From an uncultured Steroidobacter sp. (GTDB lineage Bacteria; Pseudomonadota; Gammaproteobacteria; Steroidobacterales; Steroidobacteraceae), in NCBI GenBank assembly GCA_937958065.1, contig CALFXI010000058.1, positions 17,487 through 81,486 of the forward strand: a stretch of DNA of 64,000 nucleotides. Reading direction: 5' to 3'. Below, one piece after another: positions 10,090-18,403 of the stretch. The notes under the pieces are model-generated. The model did not search any database and had not been told where the DNA came from. It saw nothing but the letters and a program-made list of their open reading frames with translations. Position 1 is the stretch's first letter; each line of letters begins with the position of its first letter. A program made the position numbers and the translations under genes.

Positions 10090-11492
10090 GACAATCCCTT
10101 CGCGGCAAGCTGGCCGAGTTGGGCAACGAACCCCTGCTCATCCTCCAGACAGCGCAGATCGAGCACCAGCGCATCGTCGGCGACCCGACCGATGACCGGG
10201 ATCGGCAACTGGCGCAGATCGCGCGCCAGACGTTTCAGGGCCGAGCCGACTCTGGCGGTCGTGGGCCGACACGTCAGCGCCCGGCTCGGAATGACTTCGA
10301 TGGGCAGCGAGCCGCTGCCGACCTGGCTCGACACTGCAGTCACATCGACTTGCCACTGCGTTCCGAGCGCGGCGGCCAGATGCGGCAGCACTCGGTTCGC
10401 AAGCGCTTCGATGTCGTCGGCCGAGCGCGTGAGCAAACGTAACGTCGGCAGTTCCTGCAACAGCAGATCGGGCGTGCGATACGCCAGCAACGTTCCTTCG
10501 AGCGCCGCAAGCACAGGCTTCGATACACGCAACGCACGCTTCAGAGGATGACGTCTGATTTTGTCGAGCAATGCCTTCCTGCCGACGATCAGACCGGCTT
10601 GCGGCCCGCCGAGCAACTTGTCGCCACTGAACGTGACCACGTCGGCGCCGCTCGCAATGGTTTCCCGCACCACCGGTTCCTTGGGCAACCCATATGCAGA
10701 GAGGTCGATCAGACTGCCCGCGCCCAGATCGACGAGCAGAGGCAGCTGATGCTCGTGTGCAATATGAGCGACTTCTGCCTCCGGCACCTGGGCCACGAAG
10801 CCGCTGATCTTGTAATTGCTCATGTGCACTTTCATGAGCGCCGCCGTCTTCGGACCGATGGCTTGCCGGTAATCGCCGGGATGGGTGCGATTCGTCGTGC
10901 CGATCTCGATCAGCCGCGTATTGGCACTGCGCATCACATCGGGAATGCGGAACGCACCGCCGATCTCGACCAACTCACCGCGCGACAGTACGACCTCGCG
11001 CTTGTGCGCCAGCGCCGCCAGCACGAGCAGCACTGCGGCTGCATTGTTGTTTACTACAGTGGCGGCTTCCGCGCCGGTCAGCTCGGTGAGAATGTTTTCG
11101 ACCAGACTGTCGCGCTCGCCTCGCCCGCCGCTTTCCAGATCGAATTCGAGATTGCAGGGCTCGCGCATCGCCATCGAGGCGTGCTCGATGGCGCGCGAAG
11201 ACAGCTGCGTTCGACCCAGGTTCGTGTGAAGCACGGTCCCGGTCAGATTGAACACGCGTCGCAGCCGAGGGGTGGCGCGCTCCTGCAGACGCTCCGTGAT
11301 TCGACGCGTCAGCTCGTTATCGCTCGGCCAGGAAAACCCGGGCTCATGCCGATGCGCGCGATGCTCATCGAGCACCGCTCTGATCGCATCGATCACTGCG
11401 CTGCGGCCATACGTCTCGCACAGTGTTGCTACGGCCGCGAAGCGCGCGATGCGATCGACGGAAGGAAAAGGATTGGTGGGCTGGGTGGCCAT
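10086..11492 (-). CDS. selA: L-seryl-tRNA(Sec) selenium transferase
   Basis: RRVFNLTGTVLHTNLGR, VNNNAAAVLL, SRGELVEIGGAFRIPDVM, PLP-lysine motif FSGDKLLGGPQAG; start reassigned to ATG 11492. Confidence 0.97.
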   Translation of the reverse strand: MATQPTNPFPSVDRIARFAAVATLCETYGRSAVIDAIRAVLDEHRAHRHEPGFSWPSDNELTRRITERLQERATPRLRRVFNLTGTVLHTNLGRTQLSSRAIEHASMAMREPCNLEFDLESGGRGERDSLVENILTELTGAEAATVVNNNAAAVLLVLAALAHKREVVLSRGELVEIGGAFRIPDVMRSANTRLIEIGTTNRTHPGDYRQAIGPKTAALMKVHMSNYKISGFVAQVPEAEVAHIAHEHQLPLLVDLGAGSLIDLSAYGLPKEPVVRETIASGADVVTFSGDKLLGGPQAGLIVGRKALLDKIRRHPLKRALRVSKPVLAALEGTLLAYRTPDLLLQELPTLRLLTRSADDIEALANRVLPHLAAALGTQWQVDVTAVSSQVGSGSLPIEVIPSRALTCRPTTARVGSALKRLARDLRQLPIPVIGRVADDALVLDLRCLEDEQGFVAQLGQLAAKGLS

Positions 11493-11629
11493 GGATCCAA
11501 ATCCCCGAGATCGCTGTAGCCTAGCACGCACTCGACATCGTTGGCCTGCCGTGCCTCGAACGCCGGACGGCGCGCTAGCTTTTCACTACCGGCTGGACAA
11601 GCCCGCCGGGCCAACTGCACCATAGTCCC

Positions 11630-11723
11630 GGAAGAGAAACATCCCCGGCGGGGTGCCCGGACTTCAAACCCGGAGGAAGGTGCCACGCACCTTCGGTAGG
11701 TTCGACTCCTGCCTCTTCCGCCA
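11630..11723 (+). tRNA. selC: tRNA-Sec (anticodon UCA), 7/5 fold
   Basis: GGAAGAG-AAA-CATCCC CGGC GGGGTG-C-CCGGA CTTCAAA CCCGG-AG-GAAGGTGC CAC GCACCTTC-G-GTAGG TTCGACT CCTGC-CTCTTCC-G-CCA: 6-bp D stem, UCA anticodon, long variable arm, G73, encoded CCA. Confidence 0.95.
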
Positions 11724-11724
11724 A

Positions 11725-12351
11725 TCACTGCTTTGGCTCAGGCACCGAGCTGCGCTCGCGATCGGGATCCTCCATGCCCTCGAACAGATCGCCCCGGGCC
11801 GGCGGCGGCTTGCCTATCCCACATCCGAAGAAGCCGAGACCGACGGCGCAACGATCCCCCACTCTGACGTAGGGCAATCCGCCCGAGAAGCCTGCCTTGG
11901 GCGGTGCCCATTTGAATTCAGGCTGCGGCTTGCACTCGGGTAATGCAGGATCGGCGAGCCCGGTGGAGTCGCATTTGCTTCGATCAGGCACCGGCATCTT
12001 TTCCGCAGCCGCTGCTGCGGCTCGTCGCGCCTCTTCGCTCCAGTTGATGGATGGCGCTGTCGTCGAGCCCGCCGGCACAGATCCCTCCGAGGGCTCGACA
12101 GTGATGGCGCTGGACACGTGGACGGTAATGTCTGTCTGTATCCGAGGCTCTGCGAGCGGACGCAGCTCTTGCTGAGCTCTGAGCCCGGTTACCGGCGTGC
12201 GTGGAAAGAACAGCAACGTGCGCTTGATACTTCCCTCTTCTTCATCGTACTCGCGCAGTTTCAGATCCAGCGGCACCATCAGCAATAGCACGTGTGCACC
12301 GGCCACCAGCACCAGAATGGCGAAGCGACGCAGACGTTGATCGTTAGCCAT
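11725..12351 (-). CDS. Hypothetical membrane-anchored Pro-rich protein with 4 C-terminal Cys
   Basis: N-terminal hydrophobic segment FAILVLVAGAHVLLLM, Pro/Ser-rich linker; no family recognised. Confidence 0.6.
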   Translation of the reverse strand: MANDQRLRRFAILVLVAGAHVLLLMVPLDLKLREYDEEEGSIKRTLLFFPRTPVTGLRAQQELRPLAEPRIQTDITVHVSSAITVEPSEGSVPAGSTTAPSINWSEEARRAAAAAAEKMPVPDRSKCDSTGLADPALPECKPQPEFKWAPPKAGFSGGLPYVRVGDRCAVGLGFFGCGIGKPPPARGDLFEGMEDPDRERSSVPEPKQ

Positions 12352-12461
12352 CGTTCCCTGGCCAGCCTCGATTGAAGGGGCGCCCCGCTTGGACCACGCC
12401 GACACGCAGTCGATGGTCGCAGGTTTTGCTCGATTTCGTCGCGCCGAGTAATCTATGCCGA

Positions 12462-12926
12462 ATGCAGAGCGAGCCCAATCAGATCAACGACAAAAGCGCA
12501 GCGTTGGATGCGCTGGACCAGCAACTGCTCGGGTTGTTGCGCGTGAATGCCAGGACGCCGACGGCGACGCTGGCGAGGAAGCTGGGTGTGTCCCGAGGCA
12601 CGATTTCGAACCGGCTTGCCCGGCTCGAAGCCAACGGGATCATCACCGGCTATTCAGTGCAGGTCCGCGCCCATTCGCAGCCCACTGGGATTCGAGCCTG
12701 GATGAGTATCGCGGTGGAGGGCGACAAGACGCGCGATGTAGTGAAGCGGCTGCTGGGCGAGCCCGCGATCAGCTCGCTGCACGATACCAACGGTCGCTGG
12801 GATCTGCTGGCCGAGGTGCATGCCGCATCGATCGCCGAGCTCTCCGAAGTGCTGGAGCGCATCCGGAAGATCAAGGGAATCGGCAACACCGAGACCAGCA
12901 TCCATCTGCAAACATTCAGGACATAG
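12462..12926 (+). CDS. Lrp/AsnC family transcriptional regulator
   Basis: LDALDQQLLGLLRVNARTPTATLARKLGVSRGTISNRLARLE HTH; RAM domain TNGRWDLLAEV...TETSIHL. Confidence 0.92.
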   Translation: MQSEPNQINDKSAALDALDQQLLGLLRVNARTPTATLARKLGVSRGTISNRLARLEANGIITGYSVQVRAHSQPTGIRAWMSIAVEGDKTRDVVKRLLGEPAISSLHDTNGRWDLLAEVHAASIAELSEVLERIRKIKGIGNTETSIHLQTFRT

Positions 12927-12934
12927 CGGCGCGA

Positions 12935-13999
12935 TTACGCGACCCGTCGCAACTTGCGCTTGCTCGCACCGAGCGTGCCGCCGAACAGATCCTTCGGATC
13001 CTCCAGATCGGGCACCAGGTCGATCTGGCGACAGAACTCCGGATGCTCGCGAGTGAGTCCGTGCAGGAACTTCAACGCCGAGTAATCCTCGAGCGCGAAG
13101 CCCACTGAATCGAACACCGTGATCTCCTCGTCGGCGCCGCGCCCTCGCTGCACGCCATTGACCACGTCCGCAAACTCGATGACGGGAAAGTCGGCCGGCA
13201 GCTGCTGAATCTCGCCTTCGATGCGCGACTGAGGCTCGTACTCCACGACGACCCGCGCATCGGAGCGACGCAGAATGTCGGCGTGCAGCTCGGTCTTGCC
13301 GGGGCAATCGCCCCCCACGGCATTCAAGTGCATTCCGGGAGCGACCATGGACGGCGTCAAGATCACCGCGTTCCGTTTGTCCGCGGTAACAGTCGTCACG
13401 ATGTCGGCGCCGAGCACCGCTTCGGCGGCGGACGTTGCATGCACCAAGGAAACATCCCGCAACTCCGGCATGGAGCGCAGATTCTGCGCGAGCTTCGCCG
13501 TGGCGCGCGGATCGACGTCATACAGCCGCAGCTCGTCGATACCCACTATGCGATGGAATGCGATGGCTTGAAACTCGCTCTGCGCGCCGTTGCCGATCAG
13601 CGCCATCGACTTGCTGTTGGGGCGTGCCATCCATTTCGCGGCAAGCGCCGACATCGCAGCGGTACGGAGCGCGGTCGTGACGGTCAGCTCCGAGAGCAGT
13701 ACCGGATAGCCCGTCGAAACTTCCGCCAGTACGCCGAACGCCGTCACCGTGAGCAGCCCGAGACTGGTGTTCTTGGGATGACCGTTCACGTACTTGAACG
13801 AATACAGCTCGCCGTCGCTGATGGGCATCAGCTCGATCACGCCGACCTCGGAATGACTGGCGAGCCGGGCCGATTTCTCGAACTGGCCCCAGCGCCGATA
13901 GTCCGCCTCGATCTGAGCGGCGAGCCGCTGCATGAACTCGCCCGGGCCGAGCTCGCTCACCAGGCGCTGGATGTCTGCGATGCCGACGTAGTCGACCAT
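12935..13999 (-). CDS. ocd: Ornithine cyclodeaminase
   Basis: GVIELMP, FKYVNGHPKN, TALRTAAMSALAA, IGNGAQSEFQ, NAVGGDCPGKTEL, FDSVGFALED; start at ATG 13999. Confidence 0.93.
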   Translation of the reverse strand: MVDYVGIADIQRLVSELGPGEFMQRLAAQIEADYRRWGQFEKSARLASHSEVGVIELMPISDGELYSFKYVNGHPKNTSLGLLTVTAFGVLAEVSTGYPVLLSELTVTTALRTAAMSALAAKWMARPNSKSMALIGNGAQSEFQAIAFHRIVGIDELRLYDVDPRATAKLAQNLRSMPELRDVSLVHATSAAEAVLGADIVTTVTADKRNAVILTPSMVAPGMHLNAVGGDCPGKTELHADILRRSDARVVVEYEPQSRIEGEIQQLPADFPVIEFADVVNGVQRGRGADEEITVFDSVGFALEDYSALKFLHGLTREHPEFCRQIDLVPDLEDPKDLFGGTLGASKRKLRRVA

Positions 14000-14096
14000 T
14001 GTCCGTCCCTCATCAAAATGCCTTTTCGGGCAGGCACTTATGGTAGGAAATTCGGACGTCACGCAGAACCCGGCAAGCTGCTCGGCCGGCGCCGCT

Positions 14097-14552
14097 TTAT
14101 TGACGAAATGACAGCCCTTTTTGACGTTCCGGCAACGGCGGATGCCGATGGCACAGGTCGTTCACGGCCGCCGCGACCTGCGTTTCCAGGCCGTCCGACA
14201 CGCACACGGTCAGCATGGCCGCCCGCAACTCGCCGCCCCAGTAGGGATCGAGCGCCTCCTCTTCCCGATCCCGACGCAACACGATCACGGGCGTGGCGCG
14301 CGTGCGAGGGTCGATGCGCATGCGGGCGATGATGCCGGCCGCCGGTATCAACGGCAGCTCCTCGGCCAATAACACCAGATCGGGCACGGGCGGCTCGGCG
14401 GTCAGCAGGCCGCGATGAAACAGGAATCGCAGTGCCTGCTCGCCATCTTTCACACGCAACATCGACGCATCCGGCAGATGTCGTCGGACGCCCTTCGCAA
14501 TCGCGGACCAGTCAGCGCCGCTGGGTTCGGCTACCAGTACATTGATACTCAT
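14097..14552 (-). CDS. Atypical (pseudo-)receiver domain protein
   Basis: Receiver pattern (VLVAE, DGEQALRFL, PDLVLL, TPVIVL), but acidic pair is EP and the phospho-Asp position reads AEELP. Confidence 0.7.
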   Translation of the reverse strand: MSINVLVAEPSGADWSAIAKGVRRHLPDASMLRVKDGEQALRFLFHRGLLTAEPPVPDLVLLAEELPLIPAAGIIARMRIDPRTRATPVIVLRRDREEEALDPYWGGELRAAMLTVCVSDGLETQVAAAVNDLCHRHPPLPERQKGLSFRQ

Positions 14553-14642
14553 GATGTCTCATCGGTGTCCACTCTCAATGAATACACGATCCGTCGCACG
14601 CGGGGGTTGCACTTGCAAAAATAGCTGTAGAATCTGCCCATC

Positions 14643-15014
14643 ATGAGCGAACCCCAACAGAATCAAGTCGCCGTGGACCTGGCCGACAACCTCATCATTG
14701 CCCGCGTGCGCGGCTGTCCGACAGAGGCAGTGTTGCAGGAGTGTCAAACCGAAGTCTTGCTGCTGGCCCGTGAAAGCGGCGTGCGGAACGTTCTATACGA
14801 TGCGCTCGAAATGGATCCGCCGCCGGTCAGCATTCCCTGGGCGCAGCGGTCGCTGGACGAGCAGCTGACCGATGTGAAACTCCGCCGCGCCATAGTAGTT
14901 CCGAACCCCAAGCTGGCGTTTCTTGCCCGGCTCGCATTCGGCGACGGTGACTATCGTGTCTTCTATGAAGACAAGGCAGCTGCCGCGCAGTGGCTGGCGG
15001 AACGGAACATCTGA
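14643..15014 (+). CDS. STAS/SpoIIAA-like small protein
   Basis: VLYDALEM, RRAIVVP, C-terminal FYEDKAAAAQWL pattern typical of STAS/SEC14-like proteins. Confidence 0.6.
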   Translation: MSEPQQNQVAVDLADNLIIARVRGCPTEAVLQECQTEVLLLARESGVRNVLYDALEMDPPPVSIPWAQRSLDEQLTDVKLRRAIVVPNPKLAFLARLAFGDGDYRVFYEDKAAAAQWLAERNI

Positions 15015-15029
15015 TTCGCCCGCCACCTC

Positions 15030-16538
15030 TCAGGCGCTGTGTCGCTGCGCCGGCTGCACGTTGGCATTCAAACGAAACAAATTCGACGGATCGTACTTGG
15101 TCTTCACCGCCACCAGCTTCGTATAGTTGCCGCGATAGTTCGCATTGATCTCGCTCGCCGTCGCCTCACGCGGCATGTCGTTCACGTAGAAGCCGCGCGT
15201 GTACTTCTCCAGCGTCGACCAATACCGCCGCGTCGCCTCGATGTGATCGGCCGGATCCTCGACACCGTAGCGCCAGCCGCTCATGGTCATCATGTTGGCC
15301 ATCGCGTATCGATGGGCGAACGCCGTTGCATTCTCGGGCACACGGCTGCAGGCGCCGCCGCAATGCTGGAAGAACACGGCCGTGGTTCGCCTCGGATCGC
15401 CCTTGAGCCCATCGACCAATGCGCTGATGAGCGCGTCGGGCAGCTCGGCGATGAAGCCGCCCTTCAGATAGATGCCCAGCATGCGCGCATCGGCCCAATC
15501 GCCCGATCGCTGCAACTCGACGTAGTCCATGGCTTTGATCGTGTCGCTGATCGGAGCGCCGATCTTTCGCAGCGGCGCGAGCGCGTGCTCCGCCTTGTTC
15601 GCAGGTCCGCTGTAGCAAACATCCAATTGCGCGGCGCCTTGCGCTCCGCCCGGCGGCAGCACGATGAGAGGATCGAAATACAGATCATCCGATGCCACCG
15701 GCGCGTAATCGGCGAACATCGTGAGCAGATCACGCGCTTTCTCGACGGGGAATATCAACTTGCCGGCCACGACCTGCCGCTGCATGGGATGCAGCTTGAA
15801 CTCGAATCTGGTGACGACGCCGAAGTTGCCGCTGCCGCCGCGCAGGCCCCAGAACAGATCCGGATTCTCGCTCAGGCTCGCATGTCTCAACTGACCATTG
15901 GCCGTGACCACATCCATGGAGTCGAGATTGTCGATGCTCATGCCATAACGTCGCGCGACCCGACCGAACCCGCCACCGAGCGTCAGCCCGCCCACACCGG
16001 TGTGCGACACCGTGCCGAGCGGCGTGACCAGACCTTGCGCCAGCGACTCGCGGTCCACCATGCCCAACAAGCTTCCGCCTTTGACCGACACTCGACGCGC
16101 CGTTGCGTCGACCGTCGCGCCGCGAAGGTCCTTCAGATCGATCTGCATGCCGCGCTCGCAGCTGGACTGACCGGAAAAGCTGTGACCGCCGCATTTCACT
16201 GCCAGCAACAGGTCGTGTTGGCGCGCGAAAGTCACAGCTTTCTGGATGTCGGAAACGTCCGTCGGCTGTACGATGAGTGCCGGATGTTTGTCGAAGGAAG
16301 GATTCAACAGCAGTCGAGCTTCGTCGTATCCAGCATCGCCGCGGAGGAGCAGCTGGCCGTGCAACGCTTCCGCAAGCTCACGAACTTCAGCACTCCGCAG
16401 CGTGATGGCACGACCATCGGCAGTTACCGCGGCAATGTCGGCAACGGGCCCCGGGTGAGCCAACGCGGGTACGAATCTCAACGTCGGTAGCGCGGCAGCG
16501 GCCAGAATCGCATGACTGACGAACTCGCGGCGTTTCAT
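15030..16538 (-). CDS. Tat-exported FAD-linked oxidase (VAO/BBE family)
   Basis: MKRREFV Tat signal; PALIVQP, AVKCGGHS (histidyl-FAD), GGLTLGGGFG, LFWGLRGGSGNFGVVT, KYDPSNLF BBE tail. Confidence 0.9.
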   Translation of the reverse strand: MKRREFVSHAILAAAALPTLRFVPALAHPGPVADIAAVTADGRAITLRSAEVRELAEALHGQLLLRGDAGYDEARLLLNPSFDKHPALIVQPTDVSDIQKAVTFARQHDLLLAVKCGGHSFSGQSSCERGMQIDLKDLRGATVDATARRVSVKGGSLLGMVDRESLAQGLVTPLGTVSHTGVGGLTLGGGFGRVARRYGMSIDNLDSMDVVTANGQLRHASLSENPDLFWGLRGGSGNFGVVTRFEFKLHPMQRQVVAGKLIFPVEKARDLLTMFADYAPVASDDLYFDPLIVLPPGGAQGAAQLDVCYSGPANKAEHALAPLRKIGAPISDTIKAMDYVELQRSGDWADARMLGIYLKGGFIAELPDALISALVDGLKGDPRRTTAVFFQHCGGACSRVPENATAFAHRYAMANMMTMSGWRYGVEDPADHIEATRRYWSTLEKYTRGFYVNDMPREATASEINANYRGNYTKLVAVKTKYDPSNLFRLNANVQPAQRHSA

Positions 16539-16657
16539 GGCAACCCCCAGGTTGATGCGCAGCACATTCGTTCTTTTGCGCGCCGGTCTTCGCCAGCGCT
16601 TGCTCGACCCCACGCAAGTAGATGCGCCTGCGCGCGCGAATGCAACTCGCGCTGTTA

Positions 16658-17749
16658 CTACTGTCTTTGGTCAGGGGGTGTGCCTGGAGCACCAATCACG
16701 ATGAGCTTGTCTTCGGCCTGAATGCGCAAGTCGCTTTCCCAAAAGCCGTAGCTGCGCTGGCCACGCAGCACACGCAGGATCAGTGCGCGACTCTCGAATG
16801 GACGATGCCCGATTTCTTCCGGCCGCGGCGCGCGCTCCATGAGCGTCACCTGGCCGCCAGCGCTGATGAGATCCATCACGTACGTCGCCAGGTGCGAGGA
16901 CTCGATGGAATCGGCCATCAGGATCCCACCCACTCGCGATGGCAGCACCGTCGCATTCGCACCGCTCTGGCGTAACAGCTTGTCGTTCTCGCCCTCCTCC
17001 ACGCGCGACACGATGCGGACCTGCGGCGCCAGATTGCGTGCAGTCAAGGTGATCAGCACGTTGGTGTCGTCACGATCGGTGCAAACGAGCAAAGCACGCG
17101 CGTGCTCCAGCATCGTCTCGCTCAAGGTCTGCTCGCGACTGGCATCGCCGAGGATGCCGATGTAGCCCAGTTCCGCCGCTTCCTCGATTCGGGCCTGATC
17201 CAGGTCTACGATCAGGATGTGTTGTTTGTCCAAGCCGCGAGCAACCAGCTCGGCCGCGGCACATCTGCCCGCGTGCCCGAAACCACACACCACCACGTGC
17301 CCTTGCAGGCGCGCCTGCAGTCGTCGCATACGAAAGTCCTCGATCAGACGCTGTAACACCAGCTGATACGCCGTGCCGACAAAAATCAACCAGATGAACA
17401 GACGGATGGGCGTGACCAGCAACGCATCGATCAGGCGCGCCTGGCGCGTGACCGGCACGATGTCGCCATAGCCGACCGTGGTCACGCTCACCATCGTGAA
17501 ATAGACGACGTCGCTGAACGAGATCGAATCGTCCTGGTTGTCGTGCAGGCCGTCGCGATCGAACCAGAAGATGGCGAGAACCAGCGCGAACATGGCCAGC
17601 ACCAGGCTGGCGCGGATCACCAGTGTCCTGCGTACGCTGCGCTCGCCACCGACGAACAGCCGCCGACCGGGAACTTGCAAGCGGCGATCCAGGGCATTGC
17701 CCGCCGGATCGGCGGACCGAGCGGCGCGACCTGCCGGTGCCGGGCTCAC
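16658..17749 (-). CDS. Two-TM potassium channel with RCK/TrkA-N domain
   Basis: Selectivity filter TTVGYGD; RCK GHVVVCGFGHAGR; GTG start overlaps upstream TGA. Confidence 0.92.
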   Translation of the reverse strand: MSPAPAGRAARSADPAGNALDRRLQVPGRRLFVGGERSVRRTLVIRASLVLAMFALVLAIFWFDRDGLHDNQDDSISFSDVVYFTMVSVTTVGYGDIVPVTRQARLIDALLVTPIRLFIWLIFVGTAYQLVLQRLIEDFRMRRLQARLQGHVVVCGFGHAGRCAAAELVARGLDKQHILIVDLDQARIEEAAELGYIGILGDASREQTLSETMLEHARALLVCTDRDDTNVLITLTARNLAPQVRIVSRVEEGENDKLLRQSGANATVLPSRVGGILMADSIESSHLATYVMDLISAGGQVTLMERAPRPEEIGHRPFESRALILRVLRGQRSYGFWESDLRIQAEDKLIVIGAPGTPPDQRQ

Positions 17750-17880
17750 CGAGACAACGCCGCTTCGCGCGCCACGCGGTCCAGCATCAGTTTCTCGTCG
17801 AGCGCGCTATGTAGCAGCTCGCGTGCACGGGCGAGCCGCCGAACCGTGGAATTTCTGCCCGGGGTTGGGGTGAGGATCAT
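17746..17880 (-). pseudogene. Truncated AraC-family HTH fragment (about 44 aa)
   Basis: RRLARARELLHSALDEKLMLDRVAREAALSR then TGA, i.e. stops inside the first HTH; no AraC continuation in the following sequence. Confidence 0.65.
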
Positions 17881-17965
17881 GGATCTATCGTACGGGCTTC
17901 GGGCGTTCCATTGAAAGCAGCACGCCATTACGACATACCGCGACCGCTATCTCGCCAACGACAGA

Positions 17966-18403
17966 TCAGGACGGCCGTTGCGACAGCTCGAGCCGCAGCC
18001 ACGCGCGGGCGTGGGTCCATTCGCGCTTCACGGTGTCGTGGGAAAGGCCGAGTGCCCGAGCGGTTTGTTCGATCGTGAGTCCGCCGTAGCAACGCATGGC
18101 CACGATTCGCGCCTGGCGCGGGTCCAGCGCTTCCAGACGCGACACCAATTCATGCAATGCCTCCCCATCCTCGAGTATTTCCGCGCGTGAGAGGACGCTG
18201 GCTCCCTGGGGACGTCGATCCTTCGCGCGAGCAGCACGAAACTGGCGCATGGCCGTCGCCGCAAGAGCGAAGAACTGCGCCCGCTCCTGCCAATCGATGG
18301 GAGGCGGCGCGCCTTTATCTCGCGGCCTGCGTCGCACGGTACGGACCCCTGAACCCTTCGCCACGTGCTTCCGGCGAACGCAGCAAGGTCGATTCAGCCA
18401 CAT
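17966..18403 (-). pseudogene. N-terminally truncated ECF sigma factor (TIGR02999-like)
   Basis: IDWQERAQFFALAATAMRQ and LDPRQARIVAMRCYGGLTIEQTARALGLSHDTVKREWTHARAWL retained; most of region 2 is absent in all three minus frames. Confidence 0.7.

Noticed and set aside
11700-12400. Island integration at the selC 3' end
   Set aside because: No integrase and no duplicated tRNA 3' end seen in the window
14607-14633. sigma70 promoter TTGCAC...TAGAAT
   Set aside because: Spacer is only 15 bp
17700-17760. UGA read-through (selenoprotein) at the AraC stub, and elsewhere in the window
   Set aside because: Sequence after the TGA is not AraC-like; no gene showed an in-frame TGA with continuing homology or a recognisable SECIS
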